A DNA stretch of 60,155 nucleotides, taken from positions 1 through 60,155 of the IMG/VR virus record IMGVR_UViG_3300025277_000021. One strand, written 5' to 3'. This DNA is from a virus. Its lineage: Duplodnaviria; Caudoviricetes. How positions within the stretch are numbered: position 1 is the stretch's first letter; each line of letters opens with the position of its first letter. A program made the translations under genes and the position numbers. The notes beneath the pieces were generated by a model. The model was not told the origin of the DNA and ran no database searches. It worked only from the letters and a program-made list of their open reading frames with translations. Positions 27,173 to 35,870 of this stretch are shown here, piece after piece.

Positions 27173-27192
27173 ACTTTACTTTAGGAGGCTAC

Positions 27193-29466
27193 ATGACAGT
27201 TGACGTCATATTAGATTTCGAGACTAGGTCCGCGTGTGACCTAATGAAAGCCGGAGCCTATGCCTACTCGACGCATCCCACTACCAAAGTCATGTGCGCC
27301 TGTTGGCATTTCGCCGGCGATCCAATTGAAAAGGTTTATGCTTGGCAAGCAGGTTTCCCGCACCTCGGCATCGACCAGTCAGAGTATCCTCAAGAGCTGG
27401 CCGATCGTATTGCGGCTGGGGAAATCCTGGAAGCCCACAATGCTTTCTTTGAATTTTGTATTTGGAATAACGTTTGGCGCAAGGTCTATCCTCAGCTTCC
27501 AGAGCTTAAGCTAGCTCAAATCAGATGCTCTGCAGCCAAAGCGGCAGCGTTTGCCTTGCCACGTGCTCTTGATAAAGCCATTTCTGCTCTCGGTCTTCCT
27601 CAGAAGAAAGACCTGGAGGGCTCGGCTATCATGAAGAAGCTGGCTAAGCCTCGCAACCCAACCGCTGCAGAGAAGCGCGAGCTTAAAGCTGAGGGCAAGC
27701 GTCCAGAAGACGTTATCCTATGGCTTGAAGACAAGGACATGATCCTGCGCAATACTGTCTATTGCCAGCAAGACGTTCGGGCAGAGCACGGGCTGTCCTC
27801 AGTCCTGCGTGATTTGCCTCCCCGTGAGTTTGAGTTTTGGCAGATGGACTTGCGCATGAACCTGCGCGGGATTACCTGTGACATTGAGCTAGTACATATT
27901 GCCATTGAGCTGGCTGAGGTTGAGGCTAACCGTCTGAACGCTGAACTGCAGGAACTCACTGATGGGTTTGTGCAGAAGACTACTGGTCGAATTAAGTTCA
28001 AGCAATGGATGGAAGACAACGGGTCTAAAATTCCAAACACCCAAGGTGCGACCCTGGATATTATCCTCGGGCATGACCATGACGACAAAGAGGCGACGGC
28101 AGAGCTTAAGGCAGAGCTTCAAGGCATTGTCCTCAATGACGTTACCCGACGCGCCTGTGAGATTGTACGTGACGGCAATCGGTCGTCCTTGGCTAAGTAC
28201 AAGCAGATGCTTATTCAATTGTCAGACGGCAATCGCTTGCGGGACATGATGCTCTATTGCGGGGCGTCCAGGACCGGTCGGTGGTCAGGGAAAGGCACAC
28301 AGCCCCATAACTTTATTCGTGGGTATTCTGAAATTATGGAGGAAGTCTGCCAGGACATCCTCAAAGCTGATCCAGAGGCTTTGAAACTGCTCTATGGCGG
28401 GTCAGTCCTGGAAATTCTCTCTAAGGCTACTCGGGGCGCTTTAATTGCCTCTAAAGGCAAAAAGCTGATGGTAGCTGACTTTGCTGCCATTGAAGCGCGT
28501 GTTCTCCTCTGGCTGGCCAAAGCCACTGAAGCACTGCAAGTCTTCTATCGTGGTGAGGATATTTACCTGGATATGGCCACGTCCATCTTCGCGTACCCGT
28601 GCACCAATAAAGACGACTTTCCTTTTGAGCGTAAAGTTGGCAAGGCTGCGATCCTTGGCCTGGGCTATCAGATGGGCTGGGAGAAGTTCGAAGACGAGTG
28701 TCGCAACAAGAACGGGATCACCGACCAGGAACCTAAATTCTTCAAGGACGTTGTGCGGGTCTATCGCAAAGAGCGCTTCCCTGAAGTCTCGTCCTTCTGG
28801 TATGACCTTGAAGAGGCTGCAATCCTAGCGGTCAAGAAGTATGACCACACTAAAGGCGCCAGGGGCCCCCGGGTCGAATGCCGCAAGCTCACCTGGTTTA
28901 TGTGGGGCCAGTTCCTACATATGGAATTGCCTTCAGGGCGTTTGCTGTCCTACTTCCGGCCGTCAGTCAAAGTCCGCACGTCCATGCTGTTTCCGGCAAT
29001 CAATGAGCGGGGCTATGAGTGCTCAGTGACGGTAAACGGGCCTAAAGATATGACTGTTGCCCAGGGTCGGCGCAAAGCGGCACGTTTGGCTAAGGTAGCC
29101 AATAAGCAATTGGTGCCGAAAGCCGAACCGACGACATTTACCAATGAAACTCTGACCTTCATGCACGAGAACTCTAAGACCCGCCAGTGGGAACGGAAAG
29201 AGACCTACGGCGGAGAGCTTGTTGAGAACGCAACCCAAGCAACTGCTCGGGACTTGATGGCAGAGGCAATGCTCCGCGTCGACCAGCATCCTGATTATGA
29301 CCTGCTCCTATCAGTTCACGACGAAGAAATCGCAGAGATAGAAGACGAGAAAATCCACGAGGGCTCCGTTAAGGAGTTTGAAGCGCTGATGGAAGAACTG
29401 CCCGCTTGGGCTGAAGGCTGTCCAGTAGACGCTGAAGGCTGGATGGGCCACAGGTATAGGAAATAG
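27193..29466 (+). CDS. polA: DNA polymerase family A with 3'-5' exonuclease domain
   Basis: LDFET exo I, AHNAFFE, RTGRWSG, motif A DFAAIEAR, motif B RKVGKAAILGLGY, motif C SVHDE. Confidence 0.93.
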   Translation: MTVDVILDFETRSACDLMKAGAYAYSTHPTTKVMCACWHFAGDPIEKVYAWQAGFPHLGIDQSEYPQELADRIAAGEILEAHNAFFEFCIWNNVWRKVYPQLPELKLAQIRCSAAKAAAFALPRALDKAISALGLPQKKDLEGSAIMKKLAKPRNPTAAEKRELKAEGKRPEDVILWLEDKDMILRNTVYCQQDVRAEHGLSSVLRDLPPREFEFWQMDLRMNLRGITCDIELVHIAIELAEVEANRLNAELQELTDGFVQKTTGRIKFKQWMEDNGSKIPNTQGATLDIILGHDHDDKEATAELKAELQGIVLNDVTRRACEIVRDGNRSSLAKYKQMLIQLSDGNRLRDMMLYCGASRTGRWSGKGTQPHNFIRGYSEIMEEVCQDILKADPEALKLLYGGSVLEILSKATRGALIASKGKKLMVADFAAIEARVLLWLAKATEALQVFYRGEDIYLDMATSIFAYPCTNKDDFPFERKVGKAAILGLGYQMGWEKFEDECRNKNGITDQEPKFFKDVVRVYRKERFPEVSSFWYDLEEAAILAVKKYDHTKGARGPRVECRKLTWFMWGQFLHMELPSGRLLSYFRPSVKVRTSMLFPAINERGYECSVTVNGPKDMTVAQGRRKAARLAKVANKQLVPKAEPTTFTNETLTFMHENSKTRQWERKETYGGELVENATQATARDLMAEAMLRVDQHPDYDLLLSVHDEEIAEIEDEKIHEGSVKEFEALMEELPAWAEGCPVDAEGWMGHRYRK

Positions 29467-29469
29467 GCT

Positions 29470-29688
29470 ATGACACTTGGAATTATGAACACCCTTGGGT
29501 TTTGGACTGGGTTGCATGATCGCAATGGACGTAAAGTCCATATTGGCGACACCTTAGAGTTTGATCCTAAGGAATGGGGCGGTGACAACGAAACGGTTGT
29601 CCAGTTCATAGACGGGGAGCTTAATGTCCTCGGTGGCGTTTCAGCGGTTGCTGAATGGAGCGTCGTAACCGTTGGCTACGATGAATGA
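29470..29688 (+). CDS. YopX-like small protein
   Basis: TGLHDRNGRKVHIGDTL matches the YopX TGLxDxNGxxIxxGD motif. Confidence 0.65.
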   Translation: MTLGIMNTLGFWTGLHDRNGRKVHIGDTLEFDPKEWGGDNETVVQFIDGELNVLGGVSAVAEWSVVTVGYDE

Positions 29689-31199
29689 TGGTTACTTATC
29701 TTAAATCTGGAGTGGCTAATTGGCCGCTAGTTGATCCAAGCAAACCGCGGTGGGGCCACCAAGCCGAGGAGCTAGAAAGCTATGGCACTGACAAAGCCCG
29801 CGGTCTTCTGTGGGGTATGCGGACCGGTAAGAGCCGCGTCATAGTTGACAGCGCTTGCGCTCTACGCTCAGGCAACCGAATACGTGGTGGCCTAGTCTTT
29901 GCACCGAATGGGGTGCATATGAACTGGGTGCTTAAGCAAATCCCGTTCCACACCTGGCCAGGCATGACCTGGGAAGCGCAATATTGGTCCTCTAACTTTG
30001 CGCGGGAAAATCCACGTCTCTGGTCGGAGCGCTTCAACTCCCTACTTAACTCAACGGCAGATATGCGCTGGTTCACTGTTAACTCAGAGAGCCTAATCAT
30101 GCCTGCCGTCAAGAAGGCCATTAGTGACTTCCTAGATAGTACCCAGGGTGAAGTAATTGCCATTGCTGATGAAAGCGTGGACTTCCGCACCCCCGGGTCT
30201 AAGCGCACAAGAGCGGCTAGAGGGCTTTTCAAGAAGCTCCCTTATCGGCGTATCCTCGATGGTACAGCCTTGATGAACAGCCCCTTGCACGCGTTCAGCC
30301 AGTTTGAGCTACTTGAGCCTGGTGCTCTAGGGTTCAAAACTTTTGAAGAGTTCAAGGGTTACCACTCAGTCTGGAAGCAACAACGAACCAAAAGCGGGCG
30401 ATACTATCCAGCACTGGATAGATACACAAATCTAGAAACCCTGCGTGAGAATATCGGGGACTATGCCTCGGTCGTCCTCCGCGAAGACTGTGACGACATG
30501 CCGGAACTGTTGCCCATCGATGTGCCAGTGGAAATGTCTAAGCCTCAGAAAGAAGCCTATCTTGAGCTACTGGAAAAGTATCTACTTGAATTTGACAATG
30601 GTGCTGAGATTGACGCACTTGAAGGTGGCAAGCGGGCAATCAAGTTCCATCAGATCGTATCGGGATTTGCCATTGACGACTTTGGTGAAGTCCAGAACAT
30701 TGATGAAGACCCGCCGCTACTGCAGGAACTAAGGAGGCAGGTAAGTGATACACCCAAGTATATTGTATGGTGCCGTTTCCGCGAGGACATTAGAAGAGTA
30801 TGCGTCGCGCTACGCCACCTTGGACATACCATTGTTGAGTATCACGGAGGAGTACCGCAGGGCCTTCGGGCAGAAAATGTCGACCAGTTTAATAATGACC
30901 CTGGAACAGTTGGATTTGTCGGACAGCCGCAAGCTGGTGGCCGAGGACTTGAACTCCCCGCTGACACTATCATCTGGTATTCCAGCACTTATGACGCGAT
31001 TATCAGAAACCAAGCCAACGAGCGCGGAACTGTTATGGGCGGACGCTCTGTTTCCATTGTCACACTCTCAACGCCGGGAACTGTACACGACGACATCATT
31101 GCGTCGGCAGAAGGTAAAATTCGAACCGGTGACTGGGTTTCCGGAGCCGGATTGCGTGACAAACTAAAGGAATGGAAACAAAATTTGACCAGCAGCTGA
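29685..31199 (+). CDS. SNF2/SF2-family DNA helicase
   Basis: HQ motif, MRTGKS Walker A, IADES Walker B, LDGT, GGRGL and QANER motifs. Confidence 0.88.
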   Translation: MMVTYLKSGVANWPLVDPSKPRWGHQAEELESYGTDKARGLLWGMRTGKSRVIVDSACALRSGNRIRGGLVFAPNGVHMNWVLKQIPFHTWPGMTWEAQYWSSNFARENPRLWSERFNSLLNSTADMRWFTVNSESLIMPAVKKAISDFLDSTQGEVIAIADESVDFRTPGSKRTRAARGLFKKLPYRRILDGTALMNSPLHAFSQFELLEPGALGFKTFEEFKGYHSVWKQQRTKSGRYYPALDRYTNLETLRENIGDYASVVLREDCDDMPELLPIDVPVEMSKPQKEAYLELLEKYLLEFDNGAEIDALEGGKRAIKFHQIVSGFAIDDFGEVQNIDEDPPLLQELRRQVSDTPKYIVWCRFREDIRRVCVALRHLGHTIVEYHGGVPQGLRAENVDQFNNDPGTVGFVGQPQAGGRGLELPADTIIWYSSTYDAIIRNQANERGTVMGGRSVSIVTLSTPGTVHDDIIASAEGKIRTGDWVSGAGLRDKLKEWKQNLTSS

Positions 31200-31212
31200 A
31201 TTAAGTTCTTTT

Positions 31213-31246
31213 GCTGGCTTACAACTCTGCAGCTGCAGCATATCTT
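31213..31246 (+). promoter_or_regulatory. Putative promoter of the GCTGG-CWTAC class
   Basis: GCTGG-CTTACA-N17-TATCTT. Confidence 0.5.
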
Positions 31247-31298
31247 CAATCTTGTTCGCTGAGAATGAAAAACCAGGCCACATATGAGGAGCCACACA

Positions 31299-31814
31299 AT
31301 GAAATCGATTATCGCACTTTCCGCAAGCATCCTGCCGCTTATTGCCTTCGCTGCTGCCGACGCCAACTCCGGTGCCGCCGGCGGGACTTCGGGCGCCGCT
31401 GGTGCCAAGCCCACGGCTGACCCCAAAGCAACCGATGCAAAGGCCCAAGCCAATGCCAAAGCCAAGGCTGATGCCAAAGCTGAAGGCAAAGAGAAAGAGC
31501 CCAAGCAGCCCAAGCGCGGTGTTGGTACCGTAGCGATGGAAGCCATTCTGGACGGTGCATCGAACGAAGAAGCCCTGGCCGCTGTTCGCAAGGAATTCCC
31601 CGACGCGAACACCACAAAGGCGTCGATCAACTGGTACCGCAACAAGCTGCGCAAAGACGGCACTGTGTCGACCGGCGGCGCCTGGAAGGGCAAGCCCGTT
31701 CCGAACGCTCGTGAAATGGCCAAAGCAGCTAAAGAAGCCCAGGAAGGCAAAGACGCCGAAAACGCAAAAGCGGGCGACAACAAGCCGACCGCCGGCGACG
31801 ACCCCATGGCATGA
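31299..31814 (+). CDS. Putative DNA-binding protein (Ala/Lys-rich linker plus FPDANTT..WY domain)
   Basis: GAGGAG RBS; AKA repeats; paralogous domain to the 10419 and 8982 proteins; ends DDPMA. Confidence 0.7.
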   Translation: MKSIIALSASILPLIAFAAADANSGAAGGTSGAAGAKPTADPKATDAKAQANAKAKADAKAEGKEKEPKQPKRGVGTVAMEAILDGASNEEALAAVRKEFPDANTTKASINWYRNKLRKDGTVSTGGAWKGKPVPNAREMAKAAKEAQEGKDAENAKAGDNKPTAGDDPMA

Positions 31815-31866
31815 AAACCTGAGAGCCGCCTAACCTCGGCTCTCACGTTTCTGCTGAACTACAAAG

Positions 31867-31896
31867 AGGCCTGAGCTTAGTGCTCAGGCCTTTTCT
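31867..31896 (+). terminator. Rho-independent terminator
   Basis: AGGCCTGAGC/GCTCAGGCCT stem plus TTTCT. Confidence 0.8.
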
Positions 31897-31903
31897 AATT
31901 GCA

Positions 31904-31940
31904 TTTACAGGTTTCCTCTCTAATCGTTTTACGATATTCT
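31904..31940 (+). promoter_or_regulatory. Putative middle promoter
   Basis: TTTACAGG-TTTCCT-N17-TATTCT. Confidence 0.55.
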
Positions 31941-31963
31941 AATTATAGAGCAAGGAGAAAACC

Positions 31964-33037
31964 ATGACCACAACAATGACCGCTGCCCCTATTGAAATGA
32001 ACGGGGTCTTCTTCCAAAAAGTGTTTTATCAGCCGATGACAAAAGGCATGGGTGGCGACAGCAAAGGCCTTTACGAAATCAAAGACCCACCAAACACCGG
32101 CTGGTCCCGGGCTCTGGTTATTTGGCCTGAAGACAACCAACCTGAGACCACGTCCAAGCGCAAGAAGCAAGCGGCCAAGCGTGTCACAGTCTTCTGCCCC
32201 TACACGCTGAGCGCCTATCAGGTTCGGTTCACGGCTCGCGAGGTTGCCAACCAGAAGGCTTACCCGCTTACGCCTAAGCTCATTGATAGCCTGGCAGCTA
32301 TCATCGACAAGAACTGGAAAATGTATACCAATTTTGGGTTCCATAAAGCCTATGATGTTGCAGCCCTGGTGCTCACGCGTTTAGGCAAACCAGTTCCAAG
32401 CTACATGTCACCTAAGCTTGAAAACCTGGAATACAATGAGACCAGTGTGCCTAACCGGCATGGCAAGCCAGTTGCAGACACCCTGCTTCGACCAGTAAAA
32501 TCCTCGAGTAAGCGCGGGCAAGTTTGTGCCTTCTTTATGGCTGATGGAACAGGCTCTTTGCGTGAGGCCATGGCCAAGTTTGATATGTCTCGGTCAGGTG
32601 TTCTGACGCACTTGCATGGACTTCACAAAGACCACGGCCTTGGCTATGTATTGCAGGGCGATATGGCAACTCTGATGTTGCCTGCAGGTTGCACTGACCC
32701 AATGATCGACGGCGCCCAGGCTGAAGTCCATCAGAAGACCGTGGCTCAAACAACTGCCCGGAAAGCAGGCAAGCCTTGCAAGCCCACTGTCACTGCTCTA
32801 CCAAAGAAAGGCAAGCGACGGGAAGTTGCCTTGTCTTTGGTCGAAGAGGGCTCTATTGCTGAAGTCGCCGAAAAGGCTGGATGCACACCGAACTCAGTGA
32901 GGTCTCACCTCCACGACCTGCATACGAAGCACGGCTTCGGTTATGAGTTGTCCTCAGACAAGTCTCGTGGTAAACTGATCGCACCGGAGGGATGGACACC
33001 AGACTATGATCCCGAAGAACTTGACCCGCTAGCCTAA
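31964..33037 (+). CDS. Protein with two tandem winged-HTH-like repeats (candidate transcription regulator)
   Basis: KR..V......GS..E......S.S.V..HLH.LH..HG.GY repeated twice; ends DPLA. Confidence 0.7.
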   Translation: MTTTMTAAPIEMNGVFFQKVFYQPMTKGMGGDSKGLYEIKDPPNTGWSRALVIWPEDNQPETTSKRKKQAAKRVTVFCPYTLSAYQVRFTAREVANQKAYPLTPKLIDSLAAIIDKNWKMYTNFGFHKAYDVAALVLTRLGKPVPSYMSPKLENLEYNETSVPNRHGKPVADTLLRPVKSSSKRGQVCAFFMADGTGSLREAMAKFDMSRSGVLTHLHGLHKDHGLGYVLQGDMATLMLPAGCTDPMIDGAQAEVHQKTVAQTTARKAGKPCKPTVTALPKKGKRREVALSLVEEGSIAEVAEKAGCTPNSVRSHLHDLHTKHGFGYELSSDKSRGKLIAPEGWTPDYDPEELDPLA

Positions 33038-33046
33038 GGAGCTATA

Positions 33047-34144
33047 ATGGAACTGAAATCAACCGCAAGCTGGATGGAACGCTATCTTGAGCTTGTCTAT
33101 CACTTCAATACTGAGATTATCGGGTTGCCGATCCCCAGTCAGCCGAGCCGTCTCAATGACGGCCGCAAAGATTGGGCTATGTCTGCGCTCAATGAAGAGG
33201 TCTCCGAGTTCTTCCAGGCCGAGACCTTGGAAGACGAGGTCGATGCTCTGTTGGACCTTGCATACTTTGCTTTGGGCCGTATCATTGAAATGGGCGTTGT
33301 GCCTGGGGCTACATTCGAGGAAGTCCATGCTGCCAATATGGCCAAGAAGCGTGGCGAGTTGTCCAAACGGCCGAATGCGCAGGGCTTTGATGCGCTTAAA
33401 CCAGAAGGGTGGCAGCCTCCGAACCTGCTTCCGTATCTCGCTCTGGATCGCCGACAGACGCGTGCCGCGTATGAAGCTGCGCTCTCTGAACGAGAAGCTG
33501 CCGAAGCTGTCACAGAGCGCGATATGCTCTCGATGAACGACGGAAATCCGAAGCTTGTCATTATCGGTCATGCGCGACACGGCAAGGACACCGTTGCTGA
33601 AATCATAAGCCGGGAATATGGCTTTTCCTTCACTTCGTCGTCTTTGTTCTGCGCCAACCATGTGATTATGAAGGCAATCAATAATCCCAAAGAGGCGCTT
33701 GACCGGTACGTCGAAGCAGGCTGCCCAGGGCTCACTGAATTGCAACTGCGCGATGAGCTGGAGCTTATGAAGGCTCGGGGCTATAAAGACGCGGATCAGT
33801 GCTTTGAAGACCGGATCAATTTCCGCACTGCCTGGTTCTCGTTGATTGCGACCTATTGCTATCCTGAGCGCGAGCGGCTGGCTCGGGAAATCTTTGATGA
33901 CAATGACCTCTATATTGGCATTCGTGACAAGCGTGAGTTTCATGCTGTCGCCAATTCAGGCCTTGTCGATGGCGTGATTTGGGTTGACGCTTCAGAGCGG
34001 GTTGAACGCGAGCCAATGGCCTCTTGCACTGTCGAGCCCTGGATGGCAAACTGGGTTATCGATAACAACGGGACAGAAGACGACCTGCACCGCAACGTTC
34101 ACCAACTTATGGCTCAGTTTGGCCTTGAAAGGATCACGCAATGA
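33047..34144 (+). CDS. MazG-like (d)NTP pyrophosphohydrolase fused to deoxynucleoside monophosphate kinase
   Basis: EEVSE...DALLDLAYF...EVHAANMAK...KPEGW N-domain; GHARHGKDT P-loop and W..DNNG C-domain. Confidence 0.8.
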   Translation: MELKSTASWMERYLELVYHFNTEIIGLPIPSQPSRLNDGRKDWAMSALNEEVSEFFQAETLEDEVDALLDLAYFALGRIIEMGVVPGATFEEVHAANMAKKRGELSKRPNAQGFDALKPEGWQPPNLLPYLALDRRQTRAAYEAALSEREAAEAVTERDMLSMNDGNPKLVIIGHARHGKDTVAEIISREYGFSFTSSSLFCANHVIMKAINNPKEALDRYVEAGCPGLTELQLRDELELMKARGYKDADQCFEDRINFRTAWFSLIATYCYPERERLAREIFDDNDLYIGIRDKREFHAVANSGLVDGVIWVDASERVEREPMASCTVEPWMANWVIDNNGTEDDLHRNVHQLMAQFGLERITQ

Positions 34145-34422
34145 TTACTATGGTCTACGGCCCGCAAGCAAGCGGCAAAACCCGCAACAAAGACGCCCTG
34201 GCAAAGCACTTCGATCATATGCGGGTGCTTGACGGGGTACACCAGCCGCAACGGTCAGGCCAGTTCCGCACTGACGACGGGCGGGTGCATACTCAGGTGC
34301 CCACCGACGCACTTCTGCTCACAACCATGAGCCGCGAGGAGTGTGTCAAGTTCATGGCCAAGCATGAGGTCACCGGAGCTTTGGTGCCGATCCACGAAGC
34401 CCTTTTGGAGATTAAGAAATGA
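34141..34422 (+). CDS. Small P-loop protein
   Basis: VYGPQASGKT Walker A in a 93-aa ORF. Confidence 0.6.
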   Translation: MITMVYGPQASGKTRNKDALAKHFDHMRVLDGVHQPQRSGQFRTDDGRVHTQVPTDALLLTTMSREECVKFMAKHEVTGALVPIHEALLEIKK

Positions 34423-35309
34423 AGAGCCAACCTTTTCAACAGGTCTATCGCGACCTACTAAGCGAAATCATGGACAATGGCGTCGATGAGAAAAACGCCC
34501 GTACCAATGTGCAGATCAAGATGCTGCAGGGCGGGCATTCGTTCAAGCTGGACCTCACTGACGGTAAGCTGCCTATTGCGGGCAACCGGCGCTACTTTCC
34601 ACAAGTGGCGGCGGCTGAAACGGCTTGGCAGTTCATGGGCACTAAAGACCCGGAGTTTATTGTCGGGAAGGCACCTAAACTCTGGTCGAAGTTCGTCGAG
34701 GACGGGGAGCTTAAAACCGCCTATGGCTATCGCTGGCGCAAAGAGTTTGGCCGGGATCAATTGGCCTTGGCTTGTAAAGAGTTGAAGGACAATCCGACCA
34801 ACAGACAGTTGTTTGTCTCTGCATGGGACCCACGGCATGACGGCCTTGGCGGAGAGCAGCCGAAGAATATCCCGTGCCCTGTCGGCTTCACGGTATCCCG
34901 TTATAACCATGACCTGCACATGAGCGTGTTCATTCGTTCCAGTGACGTGTTTGTCGGGCTTCCTTATGACGTCATGGCCTATGCTTTGACGGCAGATGCA
35001 ATCGCAGCCACCGTGGGCCTCCGTCCTGCTTCACTGCACGTCACACTGGCGCATCCTCACTTGTACAAGCCGCATTGGAATGCAACTCGGGCTTGCCTCA
35101 CTGGTGACTGGGACAGCTCTGAATGGCGCGAGCAGAAAGAGTTTGCTGATGTTGCCACTACTTGGCCGACTGATGTGTCGCCCAATCTGCCTGGCTGGGG
35201 CATCGGCATGATTGAAGGCCATCCTGACGCCTATATTGATGTCGTCAAGCAGTTGACCCGCCGCACGTCGCAGAACCCTTGGAACCCACTTCCTGAAGTT
35301 ATTGAATGA
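34419..35309 (+). CDS. Thymidylate-synthase-family enzyme, predicted dCMP-specific (5-methyl- or 5-hydroxymethyl-dCMP synthase)
   Basis: YGYRWR, DQL, SAW, catalytic IPC, RSSDVFVGLPYD (Asp where ThyA has Asn), HLY. Confidence 0.8.
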   Translation: MKSQPFQQVYRDLLSEIMDNGVDEKNARTNVQIKMLQGGHSFKLDLTDGKLPIAGNRRYFPQVAAAETAWQFMGTKDPEFIVGKAPKLWSKFVEDGELKTAYGYRWRKEFGRDQLALACKELKDNPTNRQLFVSAWDPRHDGLGGEQPKNIPCPVGFTVSRYNHDLHMSVFIRSSDVFVGLPYDVMAYALTADAIAATVGLRPASLHVTLAHPHLYKPHWNATRACLTGDWDSSEWREQKEFADVATTWPTDVSPNLPGWGIGMIEGHPDAYIDVVKQLTRRTSQNPWNPLPEVIE

Positions 35310-35401
35310 ACTGGCGTCTCGCATTCCTTCTGGCCCTCGTAGCTTTCACTTCTGGCTTCGGGGGCCAGTTTCTTTATGACCTCCTTACTAAGGGAAATTG
35401 A
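35306..35401 (+). CDS. 31-aa membrane peptide (not in the ORF track)
   Basis: ATGA overlap; MNWRLAFLLALVAFTSGFGGQFLYDLLTKGN. Confidence 0.45.
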   Translation: MNWRLAFLLALVAFTSGFGGQFLYDLLTKGN

Positions 35402-35402
35402 C

Positions 35403-35870
35403 ATGAACGACCCCTCATCTCAAATGGACAAGTGGGACACTAGGTTCCTGCGCCTTGCTGTCGAAGCACGGTCCTGGACTAAAGGCTTAGGCGCTGGTGT
35501 CGACCGTGGAGTTGGCGCTTGCGTTGTCTCTCCGAACCGTCACCAGTTCTCGCTTGGTTATGCTGGCTTTCCTCAGGGCGTTGACGACAACCCTGAACGT
35601 CTCGCCAGCCCCGACTATCGCGCCTATCATACTGTCCATGCGGAATTGAATGCAATTCTCAATGCCCGCTGTTCAGTTGAAGGCTGGACAATCTATGTGA
35701 CAGAAGCCCCGTGTCATGAGTGTTCCAACGCAATCATCCAGGCTGGCATTAAGCGTGCAGTGACTGGAACACCTCGCCGGGACTCAAGCTGGTACCGATC
35801 GCAGCTTGAAGGCCGTGAAACAATGCGTGAAGCTGGTCTCATCATTGATACCCTGGAGATGCCAGTATGA
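35403..35870 (+). CDS. dCMP deaminase
   Basis: WD.RFL.LA, VGACVV, HAELNAI, PCHEC...IIQAGIKR. Confidence 0.9.
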   Translation: MNDPSSQMDKWDTRFLRLAVEARSWTKGLGAGVDRGVGACVVSPNRHQFSLGYAGFPQGVDDNPERLASPDYRAYHTVHAELNAILNARCSVEGWTIYVTEAPCHECSNAIIQAGIKRAVTGTPRRDSSWYRSQLEGRETMREAGLIIDTLEMPV

